The position numbers and the translations under genes are program-made. From Gnetum montanum (Eukaryota > Plantae > Gnetophyta), in the NCBI GenBank assembly GCA_015680685.1, contig MNCI01002357.1, forward strand, positions 175,926 to 239,925: a DNA stretch of 64,000 nt, written 5' to 3'. The notes under the pieces are model-generated. The model was not told the origin of the DNA and searched no databases. It was given only the letters and a program-made list of their open reading frames with translations. Positions 34,979 through 48,307 of the stretch are shown here, in pieces; position 1 is the first letter of the stretch, and each line of letters begins with the position of its first letter.

Positions 34979-37900
34979 TCCAAAAATACACACTTGGTAA
35001 CCTAGCCATGATAGTGTGAGTTCAAGATATGTACAGAGAGTTTAAAATAAATGCTCATCACTTAGACTAGACTAGACTAATTTTCTGTATTTATACTAAC
35101 CAGGCTAATTAGATTTAATTTGAATATTTTAATCATGATCTATCAACATCATCCATCATGTGTCTCAATTATATTTAATCATGTGTACTATGGGCCACAT
35201 AAGTATAAATAGAAAGATAGTAACTTGTGATCATACATAATGATCTAGAAATACTGCTAGTCTAACCTACAAAATAGAATTAGCTCATGCATGAACACTT
35301 GTGATTTGTATTACTAGGTATAGGGAGCATTCATCACTCATCATTGGTATCATTACTAGAAATTAATGCTATGAGCTAAATTAGCTTAAATCATTTACAA
35401 TCACTATTAGAAACTTAAAGTTCTACTCTTCAAAAAAATATTATTATTTTATTAAGACACATGCACTAATACCATAATGTCTTCCTCTTATAAAGCTAAT
35501 TTCCAACCTATTGATAATTCTATAAGGAAAATAATTTAAATAATAAAAATAGAAATGATTTGTGCTATCATATCAAAGTTTTCTACCAACATCTAGATCC
35601 TTATTATCCAAAATTTATGTTTATTTTACACTAGGATAAATAAATGAGATGGATATACCTAGAAGACAACATTGCATAGACACATAAACATGCAATCCCA
35701 TCAATGTAAATGGTAGCATTAATGAAGGTTAGATTAAAAGTAGCCACCACTAACTATAAGGTGGTTAATAAAATCTTCAATTCTTCTCAACCTACCAAGA
35801 TCCAACTCTAGAAAGATCATTTCATGGAAGCATGCCATGAAGCAATAAAGGGCAAGGAAACCACTCTACCATTGACTTCACAATCTAGAAAGAAGAAGAC
35901 AAACTATCAATCAAGGAGATCCAATCATCAAAATCCCCCATTATTTAATGTAAATAATATGACTAATTCATGATTAAATTCAACTTTACTAATTAACCAA
36001 TAAAAGCAAAGAACAGAACCCAACACAAGGACCTCTAACTAAAGGTCTTCTAATAGGCCACCAAGAGATAACTAAAGAGCTTATGGTAGGATAGTAAGCT
36101 AGCATGACACTACAAATTCTTAATCCTCATCACCATCCTCAACATTAAAGCTTTGACAAGGATGAACATAGACTACAATAAAGAGGCCATGATGGATAAC
36201 TTGGTTATAACAATTAAAGAGATTAGAATAAGAATAGAGGTAGGGATGCTGATCATGATTGTGATAGAGATAAAGATGATGAGCATGATCATGAAAGGAA
36301 TAATAGTAAACAACATGGCTATGACTAGAATCATGATAAACAAGATGATTATGATGAGACATGCTTACTAATAAAAGCATAATTATTATCAAGAAAATTA
36401 TTTATATCCCAACTAGATATCATAAGAATAACCATATCAAGAAACTTAACATGAACAACATCCCTAAGTTTGAGAGAGGCTATAATGCATATCAATGGCA
36501 ATATTTGCAATTTTTTTATGATCTTTGCACCTTGAAAAATATAGAGAATAATCAATAATAGTTTAAATTATTCCTACGGATACTCATAAAAGAAGTAGAG
36601 AGCTAACACCATGATGTTGATCTACCTCAACATATCCTAGAAAAACTCAATTTCATAATCTTATAAGCCAAATTAGTTTAAAGAAATAAGAACATAAAGA
36701 AATGAAGAAATTCTCCCTCTATTAATTAAATCTCAAAGAGAAAAATATAATACTAATAAGGAGCAAAGCTCAACTCAACTCTTCAAGAATATTAAAGGCC
36801 ATACATGTTCCTCTTAATCCATCAAATTTAATCATACTTAGAGCATATGATCTCAAGATAAGATAACACTTACAAGAGACTCTTTATCTTTCCTTTGGCT
36901 ATTCTCTCTCTCTCCCTTAAGTTTTTTCATGCTTGCCTCTTACCTTACCTAAAATTTTATTTTTGTTACTTTGGAACCTTAACATCCTTTATAGCCACTA
37001 AAGTGATCTTTAGTCTTTCTCAATCATTGATCTTCCATTTAAAAATTTTTCTGTTTTTAAAACATTGAGTTTTTACAAACTATAGGTAACTATAACTCAC
37101 CCTTCTTGGCCTATGACTAGACTACAACTCATAACTAGCTCACAGTAGTAAAACCTAAAATATTTTTTCTTTGATTCTACCAAATACAATAAATTATGAT
37201 CTAAAACCTCAAACTACAAACTCACTATGACTCGCATTAGCCCACAACTCACTAGCTAACACAAGAAACATACAATTATTTGCTTGTCTTTAAACTATGA
37301 CTTCTAGTAGCCTAGAAATCCACACTACAATTGATAGTGACTCATTGTCTCATTGTAATTGCTTATCAAAAACTAGAAATATACACAAATAACTCTAAAA
37401 TGACTTTAAAACATCTATACTCACTCCTAGGAATCCTAGGATACATTAAGGTTTGAATACATGAAGAAGTTAGTGTGATATTCTCATAATCTCCCTTACC
37501 CTTAAAAATGTCATTCTTAATGGCCTTTCACAAGTTTGAAGGCACCATGTCGTTATGACTTAAGATTGTTGAACTTGACATCACAATTCTCATGACTCAA
37601 ATTCATCAAAAGAATTACAAGAATAACTATCACACTTGGTTACAATATTTGAGTTTTTGATTTTGAGCTTCTCCTCCTCTTTAAGGCTTTTCCTCATGCC
37701 CATCGTACTTTCAATAATTATGGATAATCTTGGAAGTTCTTAATTGCATCCCCACAATGGCTCAAACCTATACAAAGATTACACAAGAATCTAGAAAAGG
37801 ATGCATAAGTATCCTTTAATGAAGAAACCTTGTTAATTTTCAATGATGATTCTCCATCTTCAACCAACTAAATTCTCTTATTCTTTAAGCACTACTTATG

Positions 37901-40900
37901 CTTAGCAAAAACCATAACACCATTTTCAATTCTCAAACCCTTTCAACCATGTTCCAACATTAATGGAGATATAAAATTCAATCTAGCACTAACACAAATG
38001 ATAATAAGCATTAGTAAATAGAACAATAGTACCAACCACAAATGTCCATCATTATAAACATTTTTCTTCTCATACATATGAGGCTCAACACAACCAATAT
38101 TATTAAATTTCAAAGTACAATCATCATCTTTAGGAATAGTAGATAACAATCTAAAATTTTGCTAATTTTTAGTAACTTTTCATATATTATTTTCATCATT
38201 AAAAATAGTTTTATTATCATACTTCCAAGGCCTACCAAGAATAATATCAACATAATTAATTAGTAACACATCATAAATAATTCTATCCTGATATTGACGA
38301 ATGGAATACTCTACAAGACCTTGCTTCTTCGCTTGCTTTTAATGATTTTTCATCATCCAATACACCTTGTATAAATTAGGATTAGGAATGGTATATAAAT
38401 GCAATAATTTCATAGTCTTGTAAAGATTATATTCTCCTATGCTTCACCATCGATAAGCATATTCAAAGAATAACCTTCAACATTACAATAAGTGCTAAAT
38501 AAACTCTTACACACAACATCTTTATTAGTATTTATATTACCAACAAAACTGCATCTATTCAACTCACTTTTCTTAATGATTTACAAAGGTTCAATATCAC
38601 ATGCCTCTCTTGAAGTTTTAGGTATAACTTCTTCTTTCATACTTTGTATTTTTCCCCCTTATATGCATTCTTCTTTGACTTAGTACATACCCATTATTTA
38701 TGATAAAAGTTACCACAATTATAATAGTGACCTTTGCTATGATCTTTACCTTTTGGAGATCTAGATTTTTCTCTTCTTGGAGCTCTTTAATTACTTTTCA
38801 TTCTTTTCCTTTACATAGATGTAAATGAATTTTCTTATTTAATCTCTTTTTTAGATCTTCTTAATGTTTCTCCAAAGTCTTGGTGTTTACTAACCATGAT
38901 CTTGGAAATAACTTCTTGCATTTCGACCATAATAGCTTTAAAGGAATTCTTAAGCTCTTCAAGCTCTTGATTAGTCTTCTTATTAGGAGTCATACATTCC
39001 ATTAGTCTACAGGTAAAGTCCAAAAGAAAATAAATATGATATCCACATGAAATTTCTAAAATTTTCATAATAATATTTCTTAAATTCAAGGTGAATGGCA
39101 CTATGATTTAACATAGAAGTGCAAATCTGAAGTAATTCATTCTAAATACTAGTCTTTCAAATAAATAGATGTTCAATATCATAAAAGCAACCTAATCTTG
39201 CAAGTATCAAAGTAATTATTACCAATATTTAGCAATTTGAATACTAATTTTTCATAAAGAATATTAGATTCTTCAAAATTCTTTTAAATCTTGATGAAGA
39301 TCAATAACTCTAGATGTGGATACCTTTAAACCAAATCTTTAATACTAACGCGATGTAGATTTATCTTAACAAATCCTAAAAAAACTGAATTCCATAATCT
39401 TCTAAGATAAATTAGCTTAAAAAAATAAGAACACAAAGAAAGGGAGAATTAGTGAAAAAAGAACACAAAAAATGGAGAAATCCTCCCTCAGTTAATCAAA
39501 TCTGAAATAAAAAAATACAACAATAGTGAGGAGCAAAGCTGAATTCAAATATCCCAAGGATCTTAGAGGCCACACATATCTCCCCTCAATCCATCAACTT
39601 TACTCACACTTGGAGCATACAAGATCAAGATAATATAAGACTCATAAGATACTCTTCATATTCTCTTTGACTACTCTCTCTCTTCCTCAAGTGCTCTTAC
39701 TCTTGCCTCTCATCTTATCTTAGTACCTCTTGCCTTTCAATACTAAACATGCTTTTATAGCTGCTAAAGTAACTATTGACCTTCCCTAATCATTGATCTC
39801 CAATTTAAAATTCATGATGTTTTCAAAAGAAATCAATTTTTAGGAATATGAGTAATTGTGGCTTGCACCCCTAGTAGTTACCAACCTATGACCAAATTAT
39901 GACTCCTAACTATCTTGCACCAATAAAATCTAGAATATCTTTTTTCTACTTCTATACCAACTATGACAAAATATGATCTGCAATCTCAAACTACAATCTC
40001 ATTGTAACTTACAATGGCCCACAACTCACTGTCTAACATAAGACATATGAAATTCTTCACTTATCTTCTAATTATGACTAACTTGGGCTTGCAATATCTT
40101 GCAACTCCACATTATGAATAATTGTGACTCACTATCTCATGACAATTACCTACCTAGAGATAGAAATACATGTAAACAACTCTAAAATAACTTCAAAGAA
40201 TCAATGAAAAATTCACAACTACACTAAAAATAATGGAGGAGAAAATAGAGAAGATCCTTGCATAAGATAAGGACAAGAAAAAGGAATAAGAAATAAGGAA
40301 GAGCATATATAGAAAAAAAGGAAAAGTTATGGAGAAGGTTGCTAATTCAAATTTAACTAATGATGAATGTGACTTGTGCCAATGCGAATATCCTAAGGGA
40401 TGCTACTCTATTATGTGACATTTAAAAGAGTTAGAAACATATGAATTAAATCCAAAATTCATCAAAAATTAGATACCCAAAAGGTTACCTTATCTGTAAG
40501 GCAACTACATGTAGTTGCATGATCAACAATACTATCCAAGTGAAGCTCTAACTCAACCTTAGAAGTATTATTATTAGTAGTGGAAAGACCCATAGTCATG
40601 GGAGATGCTACCATCAAGACAACAATATCCTTACAAGAAGCCAGATCAATATGGATATTATGTTTAACAACTTGTCTCTCCTAGTGATGTTGCTACTTAA
40701 ACTCATACCTCCCACTATTACTACCCAACAAAATACTATAGGTCTTCTACTTCTAAAGCCAAATCTCACTCCTACCCTTTACATCCACCTTCCATGCATC
40801 CTTAATCATTCCATACTCAACTTTCTCTAGTGTTACCTATAAAAATGTAAGGTATGATAGCTCCATAACCACATCAGAAAAATGCTACTTAAGTCATATA

Positions 40901-42565
40901 TATGTAAGTTGATGAAAATTCTAGTTGTTTTAAGTGTAAACATTAAAAAATTCTTCATTTAGACCTATTAGTCAATCTAAATCCATGCAATCATTAATGG
41001 CTATGAACCCCATACCAATACCAACAACCTCCAATATCTTAGGTAAGACACCTTTATACAAAAGCCTAAATGTACAAACTATCATGCTAATTCACATTAT
41101 TACTAACCACATCAAAATAAGTAACCTCCCAAGAAAAGAACAAATCTTTATAGTTTCCTTGTTTACTTTCAAATAGCAAGAAATCCACCATACAAATATT
41201 TGTTAGACTCAAGTTTCTGTGTGAACTTGATCTTCTAAGAGATCTACAAAGCATGGAACTTACCACCACTCAAAAAATGCACCATCAAGTTGGAGCTTAC
41301 AGATCAATCCATTAGTGTTCCTTTGTGACAAGTGAAGAATATTATGACCAACATTAATGGATGGTCTTATCTAGCAGATTTCTTGGTAATTCAAGTAGAT
41401 AAATGCAAAGGGAAGTTTTCTATCATTATGAGGAGAGCTTAGCTAAGTACAATTGATGTCAAGCTTAGAATTAGATATCTTTCCCTAGATATTTCTAGGG
41501 AAAATGAGCATGGAGTGATTAAGAAGAAGAGCTTCATGCATCAAATACAATAATAGAGGATGCAATTGCATGAGGAATGTATGAACAATTATAAAAAGAA
41601 ACATCACAACATGCAATTCATGTGAAGAGAAAATATGTGTACAAAAGTATCTATACACAATAACCACTAAGTAAGAAGGAATCCAATGGTTGTTAGAAAA
41701 TAAGAGTTGCAAGTCTATAATATGCATGAAACTACATGAAACCCTCACAAATTCTTATGATGATATAGCAAATGTAATGAAATGCATCAAGCAATAACTT
41801 TTCCAAACAAAAAAAAGCAAGAAGAATAGAGTGATTGGGAAAAGTTACAAGTCCTAGAAAGAATAGAGCAGAAACCCATATAACTTAAAAATTTATCAAA
41901 ATCTCTTGAGTGTGTATTTTTAGAAGATTTAAAACATGTAATAGTGAAGCCCAAGCTTACATAAAAACAAAAAAAAAAGGTTAATTAATGTAGTTAATAA
42001 ATGGTCAATTGCATTTAGCTAGTTATATTACAAAATAATATGGATAGATCAATTAATATGCTAATACAAAGTTACATAAATCCAACCATCAATCCCAAAT
42101 GCCAAACACAGTTAGGTTGAAACCCAAATTAAAGCAAGTTTTCAATACAAAGATATTAAGAAGCTCTTGAAATTAGGATTCATATATCCTATAGTGAATA
42201 GTGAGTTGGTGAGCCTACTTATAATTCTACCTAAAAGAGGGCAGCAGTGAAGGATCTACATTAATTTTAGCTTGTTAAACATGGCAACTTTTAAAGGCCA
42301 TTTTTTATTGTTATTTTTTAACCAAGTATTAAACATAAGTGCATAGCATAAATACTATAGTTTTCTATTTGACTATAGTGGTTATAATAAAATTCAAATA
42401 ATTCTAAAAGATCAAGTCAAAACTACATTCACAAGTTCTTAGAAGATGTTTACATACAAAAAGATGTTCATTAGCCTATGTAATGCTTCTATAATCTTTC
42501 AATATTTTGTCTTCAATATCTTTTAAAAGTATATTGGAAATGGTGTATAAGTTTTCATAGATGAT
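34979..42565 (+). mobile_element. Athila family A copy A4, highly decayed (partial LTR to 35343, PBS 35345-35362, gag, PROT, RT), interrupted by H
   Basis: LTR remnant matches the A2 LTR and ends CTCATCA. IPTRYHKNNHIKKLNMNNIPKFERGYN. RT remnants end at VFIDD near 42560. Confidence 0.85.
36612..40203 (-). mobile_element. Element H: non-autonomous CRM-like LTR element (LTRs ~36612-37416 and ~39351-40203; gag and protease only)
   Basis: Two diverged direct repeats of about 0.8 kb. Decayed Met-type PBS near 39337-39347. Protease remnant YQDRIIYDVLLINYVDIILGRPWKYD near 38215-38295. Internal region about 1.9 kb, no RT or INT seen. Confidence 0.78.
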
Positions 42566-43110
42566 TATGAGCACATGTGTAAGGGTGTAATTGATCATGT
42601 AGTTCACCCGTGAACTTTGAAGCTAATTCACCTTCATCCTAATGACTTACATATCTAGAGAGATCATAGAATTCCTTGTAATAATATTCCATGCATTGTC
42701 AATGCAATTTCAATAAGGCAAATTGCATCTGATGTTCCTTGAGAAAAGAATATGGTACAAATTTTTGTTTAAAATCTCAGTAGATGTTAAGCCAATTTTA
42801 TCAGTAATTCTTGAGATCTCAACGCATTCAACCATGTTGCAGCAAGTCCCCTAAAATACAAAGAGATCACCTCTAGACTTTCATGACTTAATAAAGTCAA
42901 CATGTCAAAAAGATTCTTCATAGTATCCAGTCAATTTTCATCTTAGCACTAGATATCAAGGCTTCATCATAATGATCAAATTTTACCTTCTTAGCCTAAA
43001 CCTAGATTAAAGATTTTCTAGGTGAATCTTGATAATTCCAATAACCTTCCTCTTTTAGTTCTAATCTCTATCCTTGCAATAGAATCTCAACATCTTAACA
43101 TCAATAAATG

Positions 43111-43280
43111 GGAAATGGTCTTAACAATGATCCCTAGGTGAAAATTGATATTGGTACTGATCTCAAGGTTGAAATTAATCTTGGTAATAATCCCTAGGTG
43201 GGAATAGGTTTTGGTAATGACCCTTGGATGGATGTTGTTTGTAATTATGACCTCTAGATGGATGTTAATTTTGATTAGAA
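43111..43280 (+). repeat. Degenerate 30-bp tandem repeat, about 5.5 units
   Basis: Units such as GGAAATGGTCTTAACAATGATCCCTAGGTG, GAAATTAATCTTGGTAATAATCCCTAGGTG and GGAATAGGTTTTGGTAATGACCCTTGGATG. Confidence 0.75.
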
Positions 43281-43925
43281 TGTTGAATCAAATAGTTAGT
43301 GAATTATTTGATGGATTATACAAAAGAATCCATTTTCCCCAAAACTTCAAATCATTTTCCTTCTAAACTATGACATAATTTCCTAATATCTTCTAACATA
43401 TGTCTCATATTTTATTTAAATCCTTAGTTTGATTAATAGAGCTTTACTTGCTTGCCTCTAATCTTGTTGATCTACTACTCAAGAGCATCGATATGATCTT
43501 TCACTCTGAACTCCTTCATTTTCCAATGCACTCTATAGGTTTCAAACATTAATAGCCTAAAGAGACAAGGTATGATAATTATCCATTAGCCTCCATGGTG
43601 CTTTTTATGGGTTTTGATGATGGTTAATTGATTCTCAAAGGGATTAGAACCATTCTAAAATGAATTTTCTCTCTCTAGAACCTCCCATCAAGACTTAACT
43701 AGCCTTAAAGAGTTAAATCATAGTAAATTAAGCTTTATTCTATTTGAAATAGCAAAATAATTTCTTTAAAATTAATTTTTTAGCTTTTATAGGCTAAATC
43801 TGACCATTTTATTACATCCGAAAGATCCAAATCTATTAGAAATCATTCTTATTTCATTGAAATTAACATTAGAATAAAGAAACTATGGCCATTTAAAGTT
43901 GCAAAATATTTAATGCTTTTCAAGC

Positions 43926-43987
43926 CTTCCCAAGAGGTCATCCATCCCAGTGCTACTCCAAGATGAGCATACTTAATTACAAAAGTT
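43926..43987 (-). other. 5S rRNA-derived fragment (A box to C box), not a complete 5S gene
   Basis: Minus strand GTAATTAAGTATGCTCATCTTGGAGTAGCACTGGGATGGATGACCTCTTGGGAAG aligns without gaps to plant 5S GCAGTTAAGCGTGCTTGGGCGAGAGTAGTACTAGGATGGGTGACCTCCTGGGAAG. Confidence 0.85.
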
Positions 43988-44528
43988 TCATCCAAATTTC
44001 TACTAACCTATCAATTTAACTTAGTAGTCAACTTCTTCTAATTTTTAATATTTAAAGTTTTATATACTAAATGTCAACTTTAAATTTCTTGTATTTGATA
44101 TTTTTTTGAATTTCCACTCAATTGAAAAAAAATTTCAAATTTCCTATCAATTGTCAAAAAAATCCTTAGTAACCAAAACTACCAAAGGAAACATGATCCT
44201 GCAGCACTAATGATCATCAGGTGAGGTAGGATCCTACAACACCAATGATCATCACTTGTAAGAAAAGCTAGAGCTCAGGTGCATAGGTGGATGACAAGAA
44301 GAACAATGATCACATGTAAATGAGAGGGCACAGCAACAATGACAACATGGTAGTAGCAAGAAGAGTGACAAGGAGCAATAGAGGGGGTGGAACCATAATG
44401 CAACATGATTAGGCCCTATGACCCAATTTTGCTACAACTGGTAGCCACCTTTCCTACCCTAACACTAAGGTAGGGTTAAAATTTTTAAAATTATTATTAC
44501 TATTTGTTAAACTATATTTATATAACTA

Positions 44529-44551
44529 ACACACACACACACACACACACA
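44529..44551. repeat. (AC)11 microsatellite
   Basis: Read directly from the sequence. Confidence 0.95.
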
Positions 44552-47103
44552 TTCAAATTAGCTAAGGAGCAAGTTGCATAGATGGCTAGCTAGAGAGGGG
44601 TTAAGACTTGAGTTTCACAACTTGCACATTATGGTTTTGGCTACTAGCCCTAATTTCTGAGAAAAAAATAATGAGAATTAATTTTAAATTTTACTTTTCA
44701 AAAGTTAAAAACTTTTTTAATTTTAATTAATGGAATATTTAGTAAAAATGTGATATCTCGAAAATCATGCATTAGATTTCAATGAAATTAGTACCATTAG
44801 AATCATCTCAGAGAGTACTACATGTTGGACTAATGATATTTCTAGTTTACTAATCTTATAGTAGATTACAAATTAATTACTTATTAACTAAACTTCAACT
44901 ATGTTCTTCTCTAAACAACTCAACTTTCCAAGTGCGCCTAGAATTGTTGATCCTTTATATAAATTCATGGAGGTCTTTTAGGATATCATCCTCGAATTAG
45001 CCTTTGTGTAGTAGATTTTTAGAGATTATGTAGCATCACAAATTTTATAACATAGCTCCTTCCAAGCATTCCAATCAAGCTTCTCCCATAACCATAGGTA
45101 GTGTAGCTTCGTTTTCATTCTTTTGCATCATAATAATATAGTTGAAGCCACTAATTTGATTCATAATCTATTACAAGTTGAGGGTTTTATATATCTTAAA
45201 ACTTTTAGGTTGTCAAAAATGTTGGTTTCTTCTATCTTTAAAAATATTTATTGCAAATATTAATAACTTAATGGTGTAACATTTACCATCTCTAACAAAG
45301 TACTATTTGTAAAATGATTTTTGTAAGGACCATGATTACACCTAAAATCATTCAAAATGTCTTAGGTTATCATACTAGGGAAAATCCTCTCAAATGTAAT
45401 ATGCAATATGCTAAATTCAAGGCTTTTTATAGAAGAGAAATGTCTAATTATGTTAGAGATACTACACTTTCTCAAAATAAATTTTATCAATTTCATTTTA
45501 TTAACAAAATTGATTTTCAAATATGGATTTTCATATACAGTAAGATTTTGTGGTTTCTCTAAGATTCCCATATTAATCCTTATTCAATATGGATTTATGA
45601 TTGGTCCCTCTCTTGTTTCATAGATTTATATCTTACCATGAAACTTATGACTACCACTAAGAAACATCTAAGAAAGCCTTATACCATATACTGTATACCA
45701 TTAATTATGACCTTGATCTTAGGTTGTGATGGATTAAACAATAGATTTAATCATTACAACCCTAGTTTATACCTTAAATTCCTTAAGATAGAAAGAGTTA
45801 TGAGAGCTCAAATTGAAGATTCCAAGAAAGGTCAAGAACCTCTCACACAAGCCTACAATCTAGAAGGAACTAGTGAGGTATAAAATTTTGGTTTATATTT
45901 ATATATTTTTCTTATTTATTAATTATTTTTTGGGTGATATTCATGTGCTAGTGCATTGTGAGTTGTAGACAAAATGAGAAGGAGGTGTAGGGGAAGTAAG
46001 TCCAAGGAGGGATAAAGTAGATGCAACAAAACTAAGTTCCAAGGTTTACCATCAAATATATTTGTTGTTGTTGTTTATGTACATATTTATAGTTATTATC
46101 TCTAATTTTGATCAGAAATAGCACAATGGACAAGGTTCAAGTGGATAAGGTTTGAATGATAAACAAAAGGGGAAGGAACTAAAGAAAAAATTAAAACTAT
46201 GTACTACTTATCATGTTTCAAACACTTTCCTTTTTAATGTTGTTTTGATAGTTTCTATTGCATATATCATTGGGCCAAGAATACCTTATTCAAAAGTTAG
46301 AAAGGAAACCTCAACATAAGTCTAGGCCTAAGTAAGTAACTATCCCACCTCAAAATCTCCACATGTAATTGCAGTGAAAAGTTCAACTCTATCTAGGAGT
46401 CTACAAACTATATCGGTGATTCCTTCTTCTCAATCTCTTTTTATTAATGTGATTACTTAAATTACCATCAATGGATCATTCTACTCTCTAGGATAAATAT
46501 TGGTTTTTGGAGAGGAATAAGTCATTTTTCTTCAAAATCTTAGTAATTAAATTGCTCAGAATAGCTCACACTTTGTTTGTTAGAAGTTATATCTCCTAAG
46601 GGAGTCCAAGTCTTGTGACTTCAATGGTGATTACAAACTTTTATAGTTTGATGGTTCCTTTGTAGTTCATGTAATTCTTGAAGATGCTCTAGACATCACC
46701 AAAAATATTAAACAAATTTTAAGAGAACTATTAAGTTCTACTTGCTTGGCTTGACACTTATGAAATCATGAACATATGCTCCAAATTTAAAATAATCAAG
46801 TTCATGTAAGTAGGGAACTCTTATTATTTTTATTTTTAGTTTATCTCTTTTCATTATTATTTTTCTCCCTTTTTACTTACTGCCCTTATCTTTCACATAC
46901 AAAGAAAGAAGAAAGAATGGGAAGAGAATGTAAAACAATGGACCCTTCAAGTTAACCTATTGGAATTAAAACTTAACAAGGCTAAAAGGATAAAGGCTAT
47001 TGCAAAGAGTGCCACTAATTACATTTAACAACTCTATGATGGATTCGCTAAATGTTGAGATGTACTTGAAAAAAATGATGCTACCAAGGAAGCATAAGTA
47101 GCT

Positions 47104-48052
47104 TGACAACCTAGGAAAAATTTGGTGTTGGATACCTTTAAAATTTATCTTTCTTTTCTTGTAGAGATTGTCACCTCGTCTGTGACTAACTCATGAGTTG
47201 TATCCTATGGAGGAATGGTTTCAAAGTCAAAATATCATCAAGACAATAAATGATTAGAATCAAATCCAAACAAATTCCATACTTATGCTTGTCACTCATA
47301 AGTAAAATCATGCATCTTCATCCTAACTTCTAATCACAAGTTCAATAATAAAGATTTATAATTAAATCAAGTTGGAGTAAAAGTTACAAGCATAAATGAT
47401 GATGAGAATTACAAGAGAGACTTCACCTAAATTGTGATTCTACATTGTTATCTTGACAATGCAACAACCTCAATAGCCTGACAATGGACTCTAATAGTCT
47501 ATAGTTTCCACAAAGCTTAACAAATCCTCACTTAACAATTTTAAGGGGAATTGGACTTCAACTTGATGTGGGTTTTCTTAGGTATCAATTCTCATTTTCT
47601 CTCTTTCTCCTTCATCCCCTCTCTTAATTGTAATATGGGCATGTATTTATACTTCAAGGGTATCTAAAATGAAATATGAGATAATTGATCCTTGTCATAG
47701 GCATCAATGTCAATCGATATTTTTTTTGTCGATTTTCATCGTAGCCTTAATATCCCATGATCATCACCACAAGTCACTTGTCTCTATTTTGATCAATATC
47801 CAAATTTGTTACTCCTAATCCTATCTATAGAAATCCATGATATCGATCCTTATCGCTATTTCTATTTGGATCGATATCTCCTGTATCAATCTTGATCACA
47901 AATTCGATTACCTGCAATAATCAAAATAAATTTCATTAGTTCATATTGCTTTAGGTAATAAAAATTGATGATTTTTGATATGTCAAATGATAAAAAAAAG
48001 TAAAATACTATATCCATTACTATTTACATAAAACATTTTACGGGATCCAACA
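47104..48052 (-). repeat. D 3' LTR (949 bp)
   Basis: TGTTGG...TTGTCA in element orientation. One 60-bp segment compared by eye had 6 mismatches to the 5' LTR. TATA at 47644-47652. Confidence 0.9.
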
Positions 48053-48307
48053 CAACCCCTAACTAGCCTTTGGCTAGGGCTTGGCCACAAAGGTAAAACA
48101 AAACATAGCTTCTCTACCCCATTAATACCCAAGGGATATATGAAACCATACACACACACAAACCCACACACACACATATATCAAAACACAACATAGCATA
48201 GTTGGCTGAAAGCAATATGAAATTTTAAAGACGTGACAAAAAACAAGGAACAAAAGTGTGCCAAAACCACAAAGTTTAAAATAAAATATCATAACTTGGA
48301 GGCTATA

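Noticed and set aside
43926-43987. Functional 5S rRNA gene or Cassandra TRIM
   Set aside because: Only about 60 of 120 nt are present and mutated, with no array context and no LTR pair, PBS or PPT.
44195-44254. GATCCTGCAGCACTAATG resembling the 5S 5' end, in a 35-bp-period duplication
   Set aside because: The match is short, gapped and on the opposite strand from the 5S fragment, so it could be chance.
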